From NCBI GenBank assembly GCA_031403315.1, contig JANNTD010000127.1, forward strand, positions 1 to 47,898: a DNA stretch of 47,898 nucleotides. The letters run 5' to 3'. This stretch comes from Planctomycetota bacterium (GTDB lineage Bacteria; Planctomycetota; Planctomycetia; Pirellulales; Lacipirellulaceae). A program made the translations under genes and the position numbers. Below, in pieces: positions 7,690 through 16,873 of the stretch. Every line of letters begins with the position of its first letter. Position 1 is the stretch's first letter. The notes under the pieces are model-generated. The model saw only the letters and a program-made list of their open reading frames with translations. It made no database searches and was not told where the DNA came from.

Positions 7690-9033
7690 CTACCTTTCCG
7701 AGCGGGATGCGTCGGCAGCACTTCGTCGAACCTCTGGAATCGAGCGGCTCATGTGGGCATTCACGACAAACTCGTAGAGTTCCTTCTTGCTCGTACGTTT
7801 GCGAATCGTCTCAACGCTTACGTCGACGAACCCCGCATCCTCAAATAATGCCGCGTAGATGCCCTCGACGGGAAGCATTGTGTCGTAGAATTTGCTGTTG
7901 CCCACGATATAGTGGCAGCGTGCGCCCGGCGCAAGGACGGACTTGAGGCCGAGAATGTGGCATTTGATATCCTCGAAGTATTTGTGCACGTAGCGGCCCA
8001 GCAGTTCGTGGCCTTTGCCGATGTCGTGAACGATCCGGTCGAAGTGAGGGAACGGGATGTCGCCGTGGCCGTTGGGCGACCACTTATTGAGCATGCTCGT
8101 AGCGCAGCCCCACGTGCCGCCGATTGCCTTCCAGTCGAGTTCTCCGGCGGCTCGACCGTCGGCTAAGTAGCCGAGCCAGTACATATATGGACGAAGCTCG
8201 CGGATGTAGCTCATTCGATTGGGATAGGGCGGCGACGTGATGACGGTCGTGTAACGGCCGCCGCCCTTCGGTAGCGCCGTGGGAAGTTCGCGCGAATCGC
8301 CCAGAAACACGCGGCAATCGGCGACGGGTGGTTCCACGCTCAGGCTGTCGGACACGTCGTTGGCGGCGGTCACAATCGCATCAGCCAGTCGGGCGGCGAC
8401 ACGCGCAGGCGACTCATCAAAGAGTCTGGCATCGTCGTCCTTCTTCTTAAAGGACATGGATTGGTGTCCAAAGGAGACGTTGGCAGACTGGATCATCGCG
8501 CGGCAGAACGCGACGCTGAGCAGATCAGTGACGCCGTCGGCCCGCTCGCGTGATGGATTTCGGATCGCGTCGCACCAAGCGGCCAGCGTGTGCAACGTTG
8601 GCGCGTCCCACCACTTCTCGATCTGATGCAGGTCGGGCTTCCACGCACCAGCGTCGGGGTCTCGAATCTTGTCCGCGATACGTTTTGCAGCAGCCAGCAC
8701 CGCGCGGGCGGTGCCATCGTCGAACCGAGTAAGTTTGAGATTACCCAGCCAGACGAGGAACGGATTGATGTCCACCGCGTGGCAGCGGATGCCGAGCGAG
8801 GCGCAAGCTAGGGGCGTCGTACCGGTTCCCGAGAAGGGTTCAAGGACAAACTCATCGGGGCTGGACTGCTTCAGGAGTTCGTGAACAAGGTGGAGCGAGT
8901 AGGCGGGCGTTAGGCGAAGCCAGCCGTGCCGCCCGAGCGCGACGTTGCCCCGAAACGTGAGGTGATCGCGGCGACCCAGACCGTTTGCGGGCTTGCCATT
9001 GGCGATCGGATGGCCGAAGAGGTCTGTGTTCAT
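7690..9033 (-). CDS. Type II DNA amino-methyltransferase (N6-adenine or N4-cytosine)
   Basis: AdoMet motif VLEPFSGTGTT near the N-terminus and catalytic VITSPPYPN about 200 residues later. ATG 9033 overlaps the endonuclease stop by 4 bp. Confidence 0.85.
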   Translation of the reverse strand: MNTDLFGHPIANGKPANGLGRRDHLTFRGNVALGRHGWLRLTPAYSLHLVHELLKQSSPDEFVLEPFSGTGTTPLACASLGIRCHAVDINPFLVWLGNLKLTRFDDGTARAVLAAAKRIADKIRDPDAGAWKPDLHQIEKWWDAPTLHTLAAWCDAIRNPSRERADGVTDLLSVAFCRAMIQSANVSFGHQSMSFKKKDDDARLFDESPARVAARLADAIVTAANDVSDSLSVEPPVADCRVFLGDSRELPTALPKGGGRYTTVITSPPYPNRMSYIRELRPYMYWLGYLADGRAAGELDWKAIGGTWGCATSMLNKWSPNGHGDIPFPHFDRIVHDIGKGHELLGRYVHKYFEDIKCHILGLKSVLAPGARCHYIVGNSKFYDTMLPVEGIYAALFEDAGFVDVSVETIRKRTSKKELYEFVVNAHMSRSIPEVRRSAADASRSER

Positions 9034-9848
9034 CGAAGGAGCCCCTCGAAAACTGCCAATGTCTCCGCCTTAATGGCGTCGGAATTGCGATGGAAGAACC
9101 CAGCAAGGTCGTAGCCAAGCACCTCGCGACAGAAAAGATACGTTGAGTCGGTCGATTTACCGCTGACCGTGCCGCGAAGAATGAGCCAGTGGGCACGCTG
9201 ATAGCGCTCGGCAAGACTATTGGGAATTTGCACAGACAAGAGCAGCATCACGGGCAAATAACCGTGCGCAAATGCGTTGGCCGCGTTCGATACATCGGCG
9301 TTCTGGCGCTTGGCGTCGTTGCTCTTGTACCCTTGCCGCACTTCAAATACACAGCCGTCAAGAGTAGCGGCTTTCTTGCCCTTCAACCCTACGCTGTCAA
9401 TCGCTTCGGCAAGCCATTTTTCGACGCGCTTGCGAGCGGGAGCACTAGCGATCTTGTCGATCGGAATGCGACCGTCGAGGGCAAGGAGTCGCGCCTTTGC
9501 GCCCTTGACTTTGATCTCGTAGGACCACGTGGCATCGGCTGCCGAGAGGCTCAGTGTGTCTTGAAGTACATTCTGGAAAACTAACTGGCAACCCATCCCA
9601 ATCTGTCGATAAACCGAAGTCATGCCGCCTGCGGCTTTGTGCGCGGCGTAAACTAGTGGCGAGTCCAGCCCGAACCACGAATAAAACGCATCTTCGCTAT
9701 ATATCTGCTGGAATCGCTCAAGGGAGATGCCGTCACCCCTCCCGTGTCCAAAAGCAGGTTTGTAACTAAGGCAGACGCGGAGCGCGCTACGGATTAATTC
9801 CAAGTAGCGCTCGTCGGGGAAAACGGGTTGGCTTGGTGTCGTGGTCAT
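9030..9848 (-). CDS. Putative type II restriction endonuclease
   Basis: 272 aa from MTTTPSQ. ATG 9848-9846 shares a base with the TGA of the upstream mod remnant (TGATG). Contains LDGCVFEVRQGYKSNDAKRQNAD (D...E-x-K-like core) and HKAAGGMTSVYRQ. From memory this resembles ApaLI-family enzymes; that is unverified. Confidence 0.6.
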   Translation of the reverse strand: MTTTPSQPVFPDERYLELIRSALRVCLSYKPAFGHGRGDGISLERFQQIYSEDAFYSWFGLDSPLVYAAHKAAGGMTSVYRQIGMGCQLVFQNVLQDTLSLSAADATWSYEIKVKGAKARLLALDGRIPIDKIASAPARKRVEKWLAEAIDSVGLKGKKAATLDGCVFEVRQGYKSNDAKRQNADVSNAANAFAHGYLPVMLLLSVQIPNSLAERYQRAHWLILRGTVSGKSTDSTYLFCREVLGYDLAGFFHRNSDAIKAETLAVFEGLLR

Positions 9849-10180
9849 CAGCTGTTGCAACCTATGGCGTTCTTGCCGACCGTGTGGCCAATCCATTCCT
9901 TGAATTGCGGTTGGGTGAGGTTGTCGTTGTAGACCCAGCCCTCGTCGCCGGTGTTGTAGGGCGGGTCGATGTAGATGCACTTCACTTTGCCTGCGTGGGT
10001 GGGGAGCAACGCTTTGAGCGCGATAAGATTGTCGCCTTCGATGATGAGGTTGCCGTCGAGCGAGGGCTTTTCGCTTTTGCCCAACAGCGAGAGCTTGGCG
10101 TCGAATTCCAGCCGGTGATGGGGCACCGTGTGGTGGTAGTTTTCCACCGCGGTCTTGCCCTTGAATTGCAGCACCGACAT
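9848..10180 (-). pseudogene. 5' remnant of a type III Mod-like (beta-class) adenine methyltransferase
   Basis: 110 codons. LDGNLIIEGDNLIALKALLPTHAGKVKCIYIDPPYNTGDEGWVYNDN is the N-terminal region plus DPPY motif IV of Mod-type enzymes. The ORF ends about 30 codons later with no FxGxG motif or target-recognition domain. Strong SD GAAGGAGA lies 8 nt before ATG 10180. Confidence 0.7.
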
Positions 10181-10697
10181 CGCTTGAGTCTCCTTCTACA
10201 GCAGCGACTGCTTTTTTAGGGCGTATGTGGACAGATGTCAAGTATCCGGGCGGGGTGATTGCCTTTTCCTGCGGGCATCGCCGGGATCGCGGATGGTGCG
10301 GAACCCCAATGTTCGGGCCCCGAATCGGACGTAAACTAATCCGCCGTAGCATTTTAGCCGCCAAAGCGGGTGGAAAACAATCGGCAGAAAGCGTTGTAAA
10401 ATCGTTTCTGCGAGTACGAACTGAAAAGGACGGTAAATCGTCCGGGTTGCGCCGAAGTGTGCGACTGAAGGCCGACGCTGGAACGGTGGGAAACATGTGC
10501 AGCCGGGACCTTCACTCGCTCACGACCAAGCGTCCTGCTCGGTGTCCGTCGCGGCCTCTTCCGCGGGGAGGGGCGGGAATCTCGAAGCGAATTGGGGCCT
10601 GTTGACCGCGTGGTGTACAATTCTGCGATGGGCAATGGGGTGACGGGCGAATGGCTGACCGGGAAGCGTTCGGTGACGTGTGTGGGAGGCGATTGGC

Positions 10698-11390
10698 ATG
10701 AGAACTCGCGGTGTGGCAGTTCTGGCGTTGGTTGTGTTGGTGGGATTGGTCGTCGCGGCCAGTATGCGAACGCGGGCTCGTGAGAGTGTGGGGGTATCGA
10801 CAGAGATGTCAGCGGCAGAGATATCGGCGACCGAGATTTCAGCGACAGAGATTTCAGCGACAGTGATACCAGCGAACGGGAATGAGGAGTCGGGCACGAT
10901 GAAGAGCACGAATGATCGGCCGCAGGATTCTTCGAAGTTGAGTGGGCCGGGGAGTGAGGCTCGGTGGCGGGAGTCGCTTACGGCGGAGCAGTATCGCGTC
11001 ACGCGCGAGAAGGGGACCGAGGCGGCGTTCTCGGGCGAGTATTGGGACAACCAGCGGGAGGGCTTGTACCGCTGTGTGTGCTGCGGGGAGCTGCTGTTTC
11101 GCTCGGAGACGAAGTTTGATTCGGGCTGCGGTTGGCCGAGCTTCTATCAGCCGGCCGATGCGAAGAACGTGGCCACCGCAGAGGACAACAGCTTGTTCAT
11201 GCAGCGGACGGAAGTGACTTGCCAGAAGTGCGGGGCACATTTGGGGCATGTGTTTGAGGATGGGCCGCGGCCGACGGGTTTGCGGTACTGCATCAATTCG
11301 GCGTCGCTTGCGTTTCAGGAGGAAGAGGCGGGGGCGGATGGCGGGGCGGTTGATGGTGCTGCGGCGAAGAGGGTTAATATCAAGGAGTAG
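10698..11390 (+). CDS. msrB: Peptide-methionine (R)-S-oxide reductase MsrB with N-terminal membrane anchor and repeat linker
   Basis: [33 protein letters not shown] and RYCINS give two CxxC zinc pairs plus the catalytic Cys of SelR/MsrB. GGGAGG SD 8 nt upstream of ATG 10698. N-terminus: [21 protein letters not shown]. Confidence 0.9.
   Translation: MRTRGVAVLALVVLVGLVVAASMRTRARESVGVSTEMSAAEISATEISATEISATVIPANGNEESGTMKSTNDRPQDSSKLSGPGSEARWRESLTAEQYRVTREKGTEAAFSGEYWDNQREGLYRCVCCGELLFRSETKFDSGCGWPSFYQPADAKNVATAEDNSLFMQRTEVTCQKCGAHLGHVFEDGPRPTGLRYCINSASLAFQEEEAGADGGAVDGAAAKRVNIKE
10801..10875 (+). repeat. 5 x 15-bp in-frame tandem repeat (pentapeptide [ST]-E-I-S-A)
   Basis: cagagatgtcagcgg / cagagatatcggcga / ccgagatttcagcga / cagagatttcagcga / cagtgataccagcga. 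Encodes [24 protein letters not shown] inside msrB. Confidence 0.9.
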
Positions 11391-11620
11391 CGGAAGACCC
11401 TCACCCGCTCGACGACTCGCGGCCTCTCCCGGAGGGCGAGGCGGGGAGCGGCGGGGGTGAGCGTTTGAGCGGGGCGATGACTGCCGGCGTGGTGGAGCGT
11501 TCGATCGGGGTCGAGGACGAAGGGTTGGCTTGCAATCGTGCTCGCTGGCTCGCGGATAACTTTGCTCGCTTGGGCTCGCGTTCTGCGACCTATTCTTGAG
11601 GGAGCTGTATACTAGCTGCC

Positions 11621-14548
11621 ATGCTCGCCAACCCTCCCCGCCGCGCGATGCAAATCCACGAACCGATCCCGAGCGAACCCACTGGCCAGACGGCCGAGCA
11701 ATTGCGGCTGGCGGAGGCGCATGCGCGGTCGGCGAATTGGCAGCGGTGGGGTTCGTATCTTTCCGAGCGGCAGTGGGGCACGGTCCGTGAGGACTATTCG
11801 GCGAATGGAGATAGCTGGGACTCCTTCCCGCACGACCAGGCCCGCAGCCGGGCGTATCGCTGGGGCGAAGACGGGCTGTTGGGGTTTACGGACCGCGAGT
11901 GTCGGCTCTGCTTTGCGCTCGCGCTCTGGAACGGCCGCGATCCGATCTTGAAGGAGCGGCTGTTTGGCGTGACGGGGCCGGAAGGCAACCACGGCGAGGA
12001 CGTGAAGGAGTGTTACTACTATCTGGACGCGACGCCGACGCATTCGTACATGAAGTCGCTCTACAAGTATCCGCAGGCCGAGTATCCGTACGCCCGGCTG
12101 GTGGCAGAGAACCGCCGCCGCGGCAAAGGGGAGCCGGAGTTCGAGCTGGCGGACACGGGCGTGTTCGAGGGCGGCCGGTATTTCGACGTCACGGCCGAGT
12201 ATGCCAAGGCGTCGCCGGATGATGTGCTGGTGCGGATCACGGTGGCGAACCGCGGGCCGGAGGCGGCGACGCTGCACTTGCTGCCGACGCTGTGGTTTCG
12301 CAACTCGTGGTCGTGGGGTTGCGATCACGAAGGCTGCGAGGTGAAGCCGCGGATTGATGTGGATGGGGGCGGTGGCGGGGGTGGTGCGAGTGGCGTGATA
12401 ACTCAGCATGCGTCGCTGGGCAGGTATCGAATGGTTGCGGAAGCGGCGTCCGATGGCACCGGCCCCGATAGAACGTCGCCGACGTTGCTATTGACCGAGA
12501 ACGAAACCAACACCGAGCGGCTGTACGAAATTACCAACATTTCACCGTATATGAAGGACGCGTTTCACGACTACGTGGTCGACGGCCGGACGGATGCGGT
12601 GAACCCCGCAGGCCACGGCACGAAGGCGGCCTGGCACTATGCGCTGGAGGTGCCGGCGGGCGGCGAAGTCGTCGTTCGGCTGCGGCTGGTGGCTGAAGGG
12701 GAAGCGGCGGGCAAGGGTTTTGAGGAGTGTTTCGGGGAGGAGTTTGACGAGACGTTTGCGCGGCGGATTGCGGAGGCCGACGAATTCTACGCGGCTCGCA
12801 TCGCCGACCAGGAAAGTTTGTCGGCCGACGAACGCAGCGTGGCTCGGCAGGCATACGCGGGGCTGTTGTTCAGCAAGCAGTTTTATCACCTGGTGGTGAA
12901 GAGTTGGCTGGATGGCGATCCCGATCAGCCGCCGCCGCCCGAGGCCCGCAAGCAGGGCCGCAACCACGAGTGGCGGCACCTGTTCAACCGCGACGTGATC
13001 TCGATGCCGGATAAGTGGGAGTATCCGTGGTACGCGGCCTGGGACCTGGCGTTTCACATGCTGCCGATGGCGCGGGTCGACGGCGAGTTTGCCAAGGAGC
13101 AGTTGCTCTTGTTCCTGCGCGAGTGGTACATGCACCCCAACGGCCAGATTCCGGCCTACGAGTTTGCCTTCGGCGACGTGAATCCGCCGGTCCACGCTTG
13201 GGCCTGTTGGCGGGTGTATAAGATGACCGGCGCGCGGGGCCAGCGCGATCGGACGTTTTTGCGGCGGGCGTTTCACAAGCTGTTGATCAATTTTACGTGG
13301 TGGGTGAATCGCAAGGACCCGCAGGGGCGGAACCTGTTCGCGGGCGGATTTTTGGGCCTCGACAACATCGGCGTGTTCGATCGCTCGCGGCCGCTGCCCG
13401 GCGACCATCAGCTCGAACAGGCCGACGGCACCGCCTGGATGGCGTTCTATTGTGCCACGATGCTCTCGATCGCGTTGGAGCTGGCGGCCGACGATCCGTC
13501 GTACGAAGACATTGCGTCGAAGTTTTTCGAGCACTTCGTGGCGATCACCGACGCGATGAATTCGCTCGGCGGCATGGGCCTGTGGGACGAGCAGGATGGC
13601 TTTTATTACGATGTGCTGAGCGCCGATGGGACGGCGTTTCCGCTGCGGATTCGCTCGATGGTCGGCATCATTCCGCTGTTTGCGGTCGAGGTGCTCGAAC
13701 AGGAGGTGATCGACCGGCTGCCGGGGTTCAAGAAGCGGCTCGAGTGGTTTCTCAAGCATCGCCAGGACCTCGCGCGGCACATTAGCTACTGCGACAAGGG
13801 CACCAGCAAGGGAGACGATGACGGCGACGGCGACGGTGACGGTCACAAGCAGCGGCACACGCACCGGTTGCTCGCGGTGCCTTCGCGCGAGCGGCTGGTC
13901 CGCGTGCTGCGTTACGTGCTCGATGAAAAGGAGTTTTTGGCGCCGTATGGAGTTCGCGCGCTGTCGCAGTTTCATCGCGAGCATCCGTATCAGGTCCAAC
14001 TCTGCGGCACGGAGCATCGCGTCGACTACACGCCCGGCGAATCGGACTCGGGCCTGTTCGGCGGCAACTCGAACTGGCGCGGGCCGATTTGGTTTCCGGT
14101 CAATTATCTGCTCGTCGAGGCGCTTGAGCGGTATCACCATTTCTACGGCGATTCGCTGCGAGTGGAGTGCCCGACCGGGTCGGGGCAGATGATGAATCTG
14201 AAGGAAGTGGCGGCCGAGCTGGCGTCGCGGTTGACGCGGCTGTTTTTGCCGGACGAAGCGGGCCGGCGGCCCTGCCACGGCGACGACCGCCGCTATGCCG
14301 ACGACCCGCACTGGCGCGAGCTGGTGTTGTTCCACGAATACTTCCACGGCGACACGGGCCGCGGCGTTGGGGCCAGTCATCAAACCGGCTGGACGGCGCT
14401 GGCGGCGAATCTGCTGCACTCGGTTGCTCAGAATCGTGTAGCTGGAGACCGTGTTGCTCAGGAGCGTGTGGCACAGGAGCGTGTTGCACAAGTTCGTGCT
14501 GAGCAGGACCGTGCTGCCGCGGTCGGTGTCGCCAAGTTTTCGGGTTGA
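11621..14548 (+). CDS. GH63-like (MGH1-type) glucosidase family protein
   Basis: WGSYLSERQWGTVREDYS, RAYRWGEDGLLG, CFALALWNGRDPILKERLFG, EGNHGEDVKE and WEYPWYAAWDLAFH..YMHPNGQIPAYEF..NPPVHAWA match my recollection of the conserved bacterial glucosidase (MGH1-like) family. The start could instead be ATG 11648. Confidence 0.7.
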   Translation: MLANPPRRAMQIHEPIPSEPTGQTAEQLRLAEAHARSANWQRWGSYLSERQWGTVREDYSANGDSWDSFPHDQARSRAYRWGEDGLLGFTDRECRLCFALALWNGRDPILKERLFGVTGPEGNHGEDVKECYYYLDATPTHSYMKSLYKYPQAEYPYARLVAENRRRGKGEPEFELADTGVFEGGRYFDVTAEYAKASPDDVLVRITVANRGPEAATLHLLPTLWFRNSWSWGCDHEGCEVKPRIDVDGGGGGGGASGVITQHASLGRYRMVAEAASDGTGPDRTSPTLLLTENETNTERLYEITNISPYMKDAFHDYVVDGRTDAVNPAGHGTKAAWHYALEVPAGGEVVVRLRLVAEGEAAGKGFEECFGEEFDETFARRIAEADEFYAARIADQESLSADERSVARQAYAGLLFSKQFYHLVVKSWLDGDPDQPPPPEARKQGRNHEWRHLFNRDVISMPDKWEYPWYAAWDLAFHMLPMARVDGEFAKEQLLLFLREWYMHPNGQIPAYEFAFGDVNPPVHAWACWRVYKMTGARGQRDRTFLRRAFHKLLINFTWWVNRKDPQGRNLFAGGFLGLDNIGVFDRSRPLPGDHQLEQADGTAWMAFYCATMLSIALELAADDPSYEDIASKFFEHFVAITDAMNSLGGMGLWDEQDGFYYDVLSADGTAFPLRIRSMVGIIPLFAVEVLEQEVIDRLPGFKKRLEWFLKHRQDLARHISYCDKGTSKGDDDGDGDGDGHKQRHTHRLLAVPSRERLVRVLRYVLDEKEFLAPYGVRALSQFHREHPYQVQLCGTEHRVDYTPGESDSGLFGGNSNWRGPIWFPVNYLLVEALERYHHFYGDSLRVECPTGSGQMMNLKEVAAELASRLTRLFLPDEAGRRPCHGDDRRYADDPHWRELVLFHEYFHGDTGRGVGASHQTGWTALAANLLHSVAQNRVAGDRVAQERVAQERVAQVRAEQDRAAAVGVAKFSG
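14423..14527 (+). repeat. About 7 x 15-bp in-frame tandem repeat (pentapeptide V-A-Q-x-R)
   Basis: gttgctcagaatcgt / gtagctggagaccgt / gttgctcaggagcgt / gtggcacaggagcgt / gttgcacaagttcgt / gctgagcaggaccgt / gctgccgcggtcggt. Forms the C-terminal tail VAQNRVAGDRVAQERVAQERVAQVRAEQDRAAAVG. Confidence 0.9.
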
Positions 14549-14686
14549 GAGTCTGCCGTAATGTCGCGGTTTGACTCGCACAGGTGGAACAATCGGACCG
14601 ATCCATTGCCGGCTGCCGGCGACGTGCATGACATACACTTTTGATGGCGGGCGACGGTTGTGTCGAATGCTCGCCGGAGAGTGAGT

Positions 14687-14983
14687 ATGCATACGATCGT
14701 TGAAGCCAGCAATCTGACCGTCGCGGAACAGGATCTAATTCGGGCAGCCGTCGTCAATCAGGGCGTGCTCGAAGTCGTGGTGCGGACCGAGACGCATGGG
14801 CGGGCCGTGGTGGCGGGACGGAAGAAGTTTTTCGATCCCAAGGATCGGACTGTCGCCGAGCACTTTATTTCGTTGCTCGCGCACCTGAAAGCGATGGAGC
14901 TGATTCACGAGACCGCCGACAAGAATGCTTACGAGCTGACGAACTTCGGCTGGCAGTTGAGCCGGAAGCTGGGAAGGCCGTAG
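14687..14983 (+). CDS. Hypothetical small soluble protein
   Basis: 98 aa from MHTIVEASNL. GGAGAG SD 5 nt upstream. No TM segment or known motif. Lies 65 nt upstream of the AAA+ gene on the same strand. Confidence 0.45.
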   Translation: MHTIVEASNLTVAEQDLIRAAVVNQGVLEVVVRTETHGRAVVAGRKKFFDPKDRTVAEHFISLLAHLKAMELIHETADKNAYELTNFGWQLSRKLGRP

Positions 14984-14990
14984 GGCGCAG

Positions 14991-15011
14991 AGGTCGGAGG
15001 TCGGAGGTCAG
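14991..15011. repeat. Heptamer word repeat AGGTCGG AGGTCGG AGGTCAG
   Basis: Read directly. Intergenic, between the small ORF and the AAA+ gene. Confidence 0.9.
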
Positions 15012-15048
15012 GCAAGCGACGGCTTTCTTAACGCACAGGTACGAATCA

Positions 15049-16404
15049 ATGTCTGCAACCGCAACGCTTGACAATAGTGCGCTCGATAGCGGTGCGCTTG
15101 ACCGGACGACGTCGCTGATTTCGGCGCTGGGGCTCGACGACAGCTTTCAGCCGCAAGAGCCGGCGACGATCAAGGACACGGGGCTCAGCGACGCGCTGGT
15201 CGAGGACCTGATCCTGAAATTTCTCTCGGGCATCGGCTCGGAGAGCGGTCGGGCGATCTCGGACCACGTCTGCCTGCCGATGGCGATTCTCGAGGACCGC
15301 TTCAACGCCCTGCGGCAACGGCAGGAGATCGCGCCCTCGGGCTCCGCGATGCTCGGCGACCACATCTATCGGCTGACCGACGTGGGTCGCGACCGCGCCC
15401 ATCGGGCGTTGCGCGAGTGTGCCTACGTCGGCCCCGCCCCGGTGCCCTTGGACGACTACATCAGCTCGGTGGGGGCCCAGACGATTGCCTCCGAGCGGCC
15501 GCGCAAGGCGCAACTTGAAAAAGCGTTTGCCGACATCCACATCGAGCCCGAAATGCTCTGCCAACTCGGGCCCGCGATCAACGCCGGCAAGGGCATGTTC
15601 ATCTACGGCCCGCCGGGCAACGGCAAAACCACCATCGCCCAGCGGATCACTCGCTGCTTCGGCCAGAACATTCTCATCCCGCACGCGATGGTCGAGGGCG
15701 GCAAGATCATCAAAATGTTCGACGCCTCGTGCCACAAGGCGGTTCGCACCGCGACCGAGAGCCTGTTCCGCACCGCCGAATTTGATCGCCGCTGGATTCG
15801 CATCGAGCGACCGACCGTGGTGGTGGGCGGCGAGCTGACAATGGACAGTTTGGAGCTCAAGCACGACCCGGTCGCCAATGTGAGCGAGGCCTCGCTGCAG
15901 CTCAAGAGCAACTGTGGCTGTTTGCTCATCGACGACTTCGGCCGGCAGCGCGTCAACCCGACCGAGCTGTTGAACCGCTGGATCATCCCGCTCGAAAACC
16001 GCATCGACTACTTGAGCCTTTCGAACGGGCGGAAGATCGAGGTGCCGTTCGAGCAGTTGATTATTTTCTCGACGAACCTCGAGCCGCACGAGCTAGCGGA
16101 CGATGCGTTCCTGCGGCGGATCCCGTTCAAGGTCGAGGTCGGCGACCCGTCGCTGGAAGAGTTTCATTTGCTGTTCCAGATCTTCGCCAAGAAGCTGCAG
16201 GTCGACTGCCCGCGGGCGATGGTCGACTACCTGATTCGCACGCACTACCACGGCGGCAAGCGGCCGCTGCGCCGCTGCCACGCCCGCGATTTGCTCGAGC
16301 AGATCATCTATTTCTGCGCCTACAACGAGGTGCCGCCGCTGATCAACGAGCCGCACCTCGACCAGGCGGTGCGGAACTACTTCACGGCGCTGAAGGGGGA
16401 TTGA
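15049..16404 (+). CDS. AAA+ family ATPase with an unassigned N-terminal domain of about 190 aa
   Basis: Walker A IYGPPGNGKTT, Walker B CLLIDDFG, sensor-like IIFSTNLEP and Arg-rich FLRRIPFK. The N-terminal part (LSDALVEDLILKFL...GDHIYRLTDVGRDRA) may be winged-helix-like. Confidence 0.8.
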   Translation: MSATATLDNSALDSGALDRTTSLISALGLDDSFQPQEPATIKDTGLSDALVEDLILKFLSGIGSESGRAISDHVCLPMAILEDRFNALRQRQEIAPSGSAMLGDHIYRLTDVGRDRAHRALRECAYVGPAPVPLDDYISSVGAQTIASERPRKAQLEKAFADIHIEPEMLCQLGPAINAGKGMFIYGPPGNGKTTIAQRITRCFGQNILIPHAMVEGGKIIKMFDASCHKAVRTATESLFRTAEFDRRWIRIERPTVVVGGELTMDSLELKHDPVANVSEASLQLKSNCGCLLIDDFGRQRVNPTELLNRWIIPLENRIDYLSLSNGRKIEVPFEQLIIFSTNLEPHELADDAFLRRIPFKVEVGDPSLEEFHLLFQIFAKKLQVDCPRAMVDYLIRTHYHGGKRPLRRCHARDLLEQIIYFCAYNEVPPLINEPHLDQAVRNYFTALKGD

Positions 16405-16523
16405 GCGGGCGAGAGCGCGGGTGGGAGACGGCGAGTGGGGGGCGAAGCTCCCGCTGAGCTTCGAACGGGTAGGCGAAAACGGCGCACTCTTCGGTGCTGA
16501 CGGAACAGTGTGTAGCTGACGAA

Positions 16524-16862
16524 CTATTTTGTTACAGGGAATGTGTGCACGATTTCCTTATCCCAAAGTATGGTTCGCTGAGTGCAACTCTGGCCGGTGG
16601 AATGATATTCAAACCGGTCCAATAGCGAGCTGTCGCCGCCATCTGGGTACGTCAGGTTGAGCTCGAACAGCGAGTCGGGATAAGACTGGCCGGGTGGGAT
16701 AGCGGCCAATTGATCGTATATCTCTTTGTCGAGCGCTGCTTGTGCCGATCCGTCGGCCGCATCAGCCACTACGAGCCACGTATCCACGGCCCAGATACCG
16801 AGGACAGCCAGTGGGATAATCACGATCGTCGACCAGAACAATCGTTCGCTGTGCTTCCTCAT
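16524..16862 (-). CDS. Hypothetical N-terminally anchored small protein
   Basis: 112 aa from MRKHSERLFWSTIVIIPLAVLGIWAV (ATG 16862). The longer 144-aa ORF would overlap the upstream gene. Less GC-rich than the flanks. Confidence 0.4.
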   Translation of the reverse strand: MRKHSERLFWSTIVIIPLAVLGIWAVDTWLVVADAADGSAQAALDKEIYDQLAAIPPGQSYPDSLFELNLTYPDGGDSSLLDRFEYHSTGQSCTQRTILWDKEIVHTFPVTK

Positions 16863-16873
16863 TCTCCCAGCCC

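Larger units (their letters stand above)
7301..10230 (-). other. Less GC-rich restriction-modification island
   Basis: The stretch is visibly richer in A/T than its flanks. It holds tightly overlapping mod-remnant / endonuclease / methyltransferase genes. No integrase, transposase or tRNA was seen at either border. Confidence 0.5.

Noticed and set aside
7200-10330. tRNA, integrase or direct-repeat borders for the R-M island
   Set aside because: I found no T-loop-like GGTTCGAATCC-type sequence, no recombinase-like ORF and no convincing flanking direct repeats by eye. The insertion mechanism is left open rather than calling a mobile element.
9849-10496. N-terminal 216 codons of the 488-aa ORF 9030-10496
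   Set aside because: This part overlaps the Mod-like remnant in another frame and is Arg/Pro-rich. Endonuclease-like sequence begins only at MTTTPSQ (ATG 9848), which is coupled to the remnant's stop.
10181-10697. ORFs of 126 aa (plus strand) and 93 aa (minus strand), or a structured RNA, in the 500-bp gap before msrB
   Set aside because: The translations are Arg/Gly/Ser-rich without motifs. I could not recognise signatures of RNase P RNA, tmRNA, SRP RNA or a riboswitch. The gap is left unannotated.
12542-14692. 716-aa minus-strand ORF
   Set aside because: Antisense to the GH63-like gene. Its composition is dominated by R, P, A, V and L, and it has no recognisable domain.
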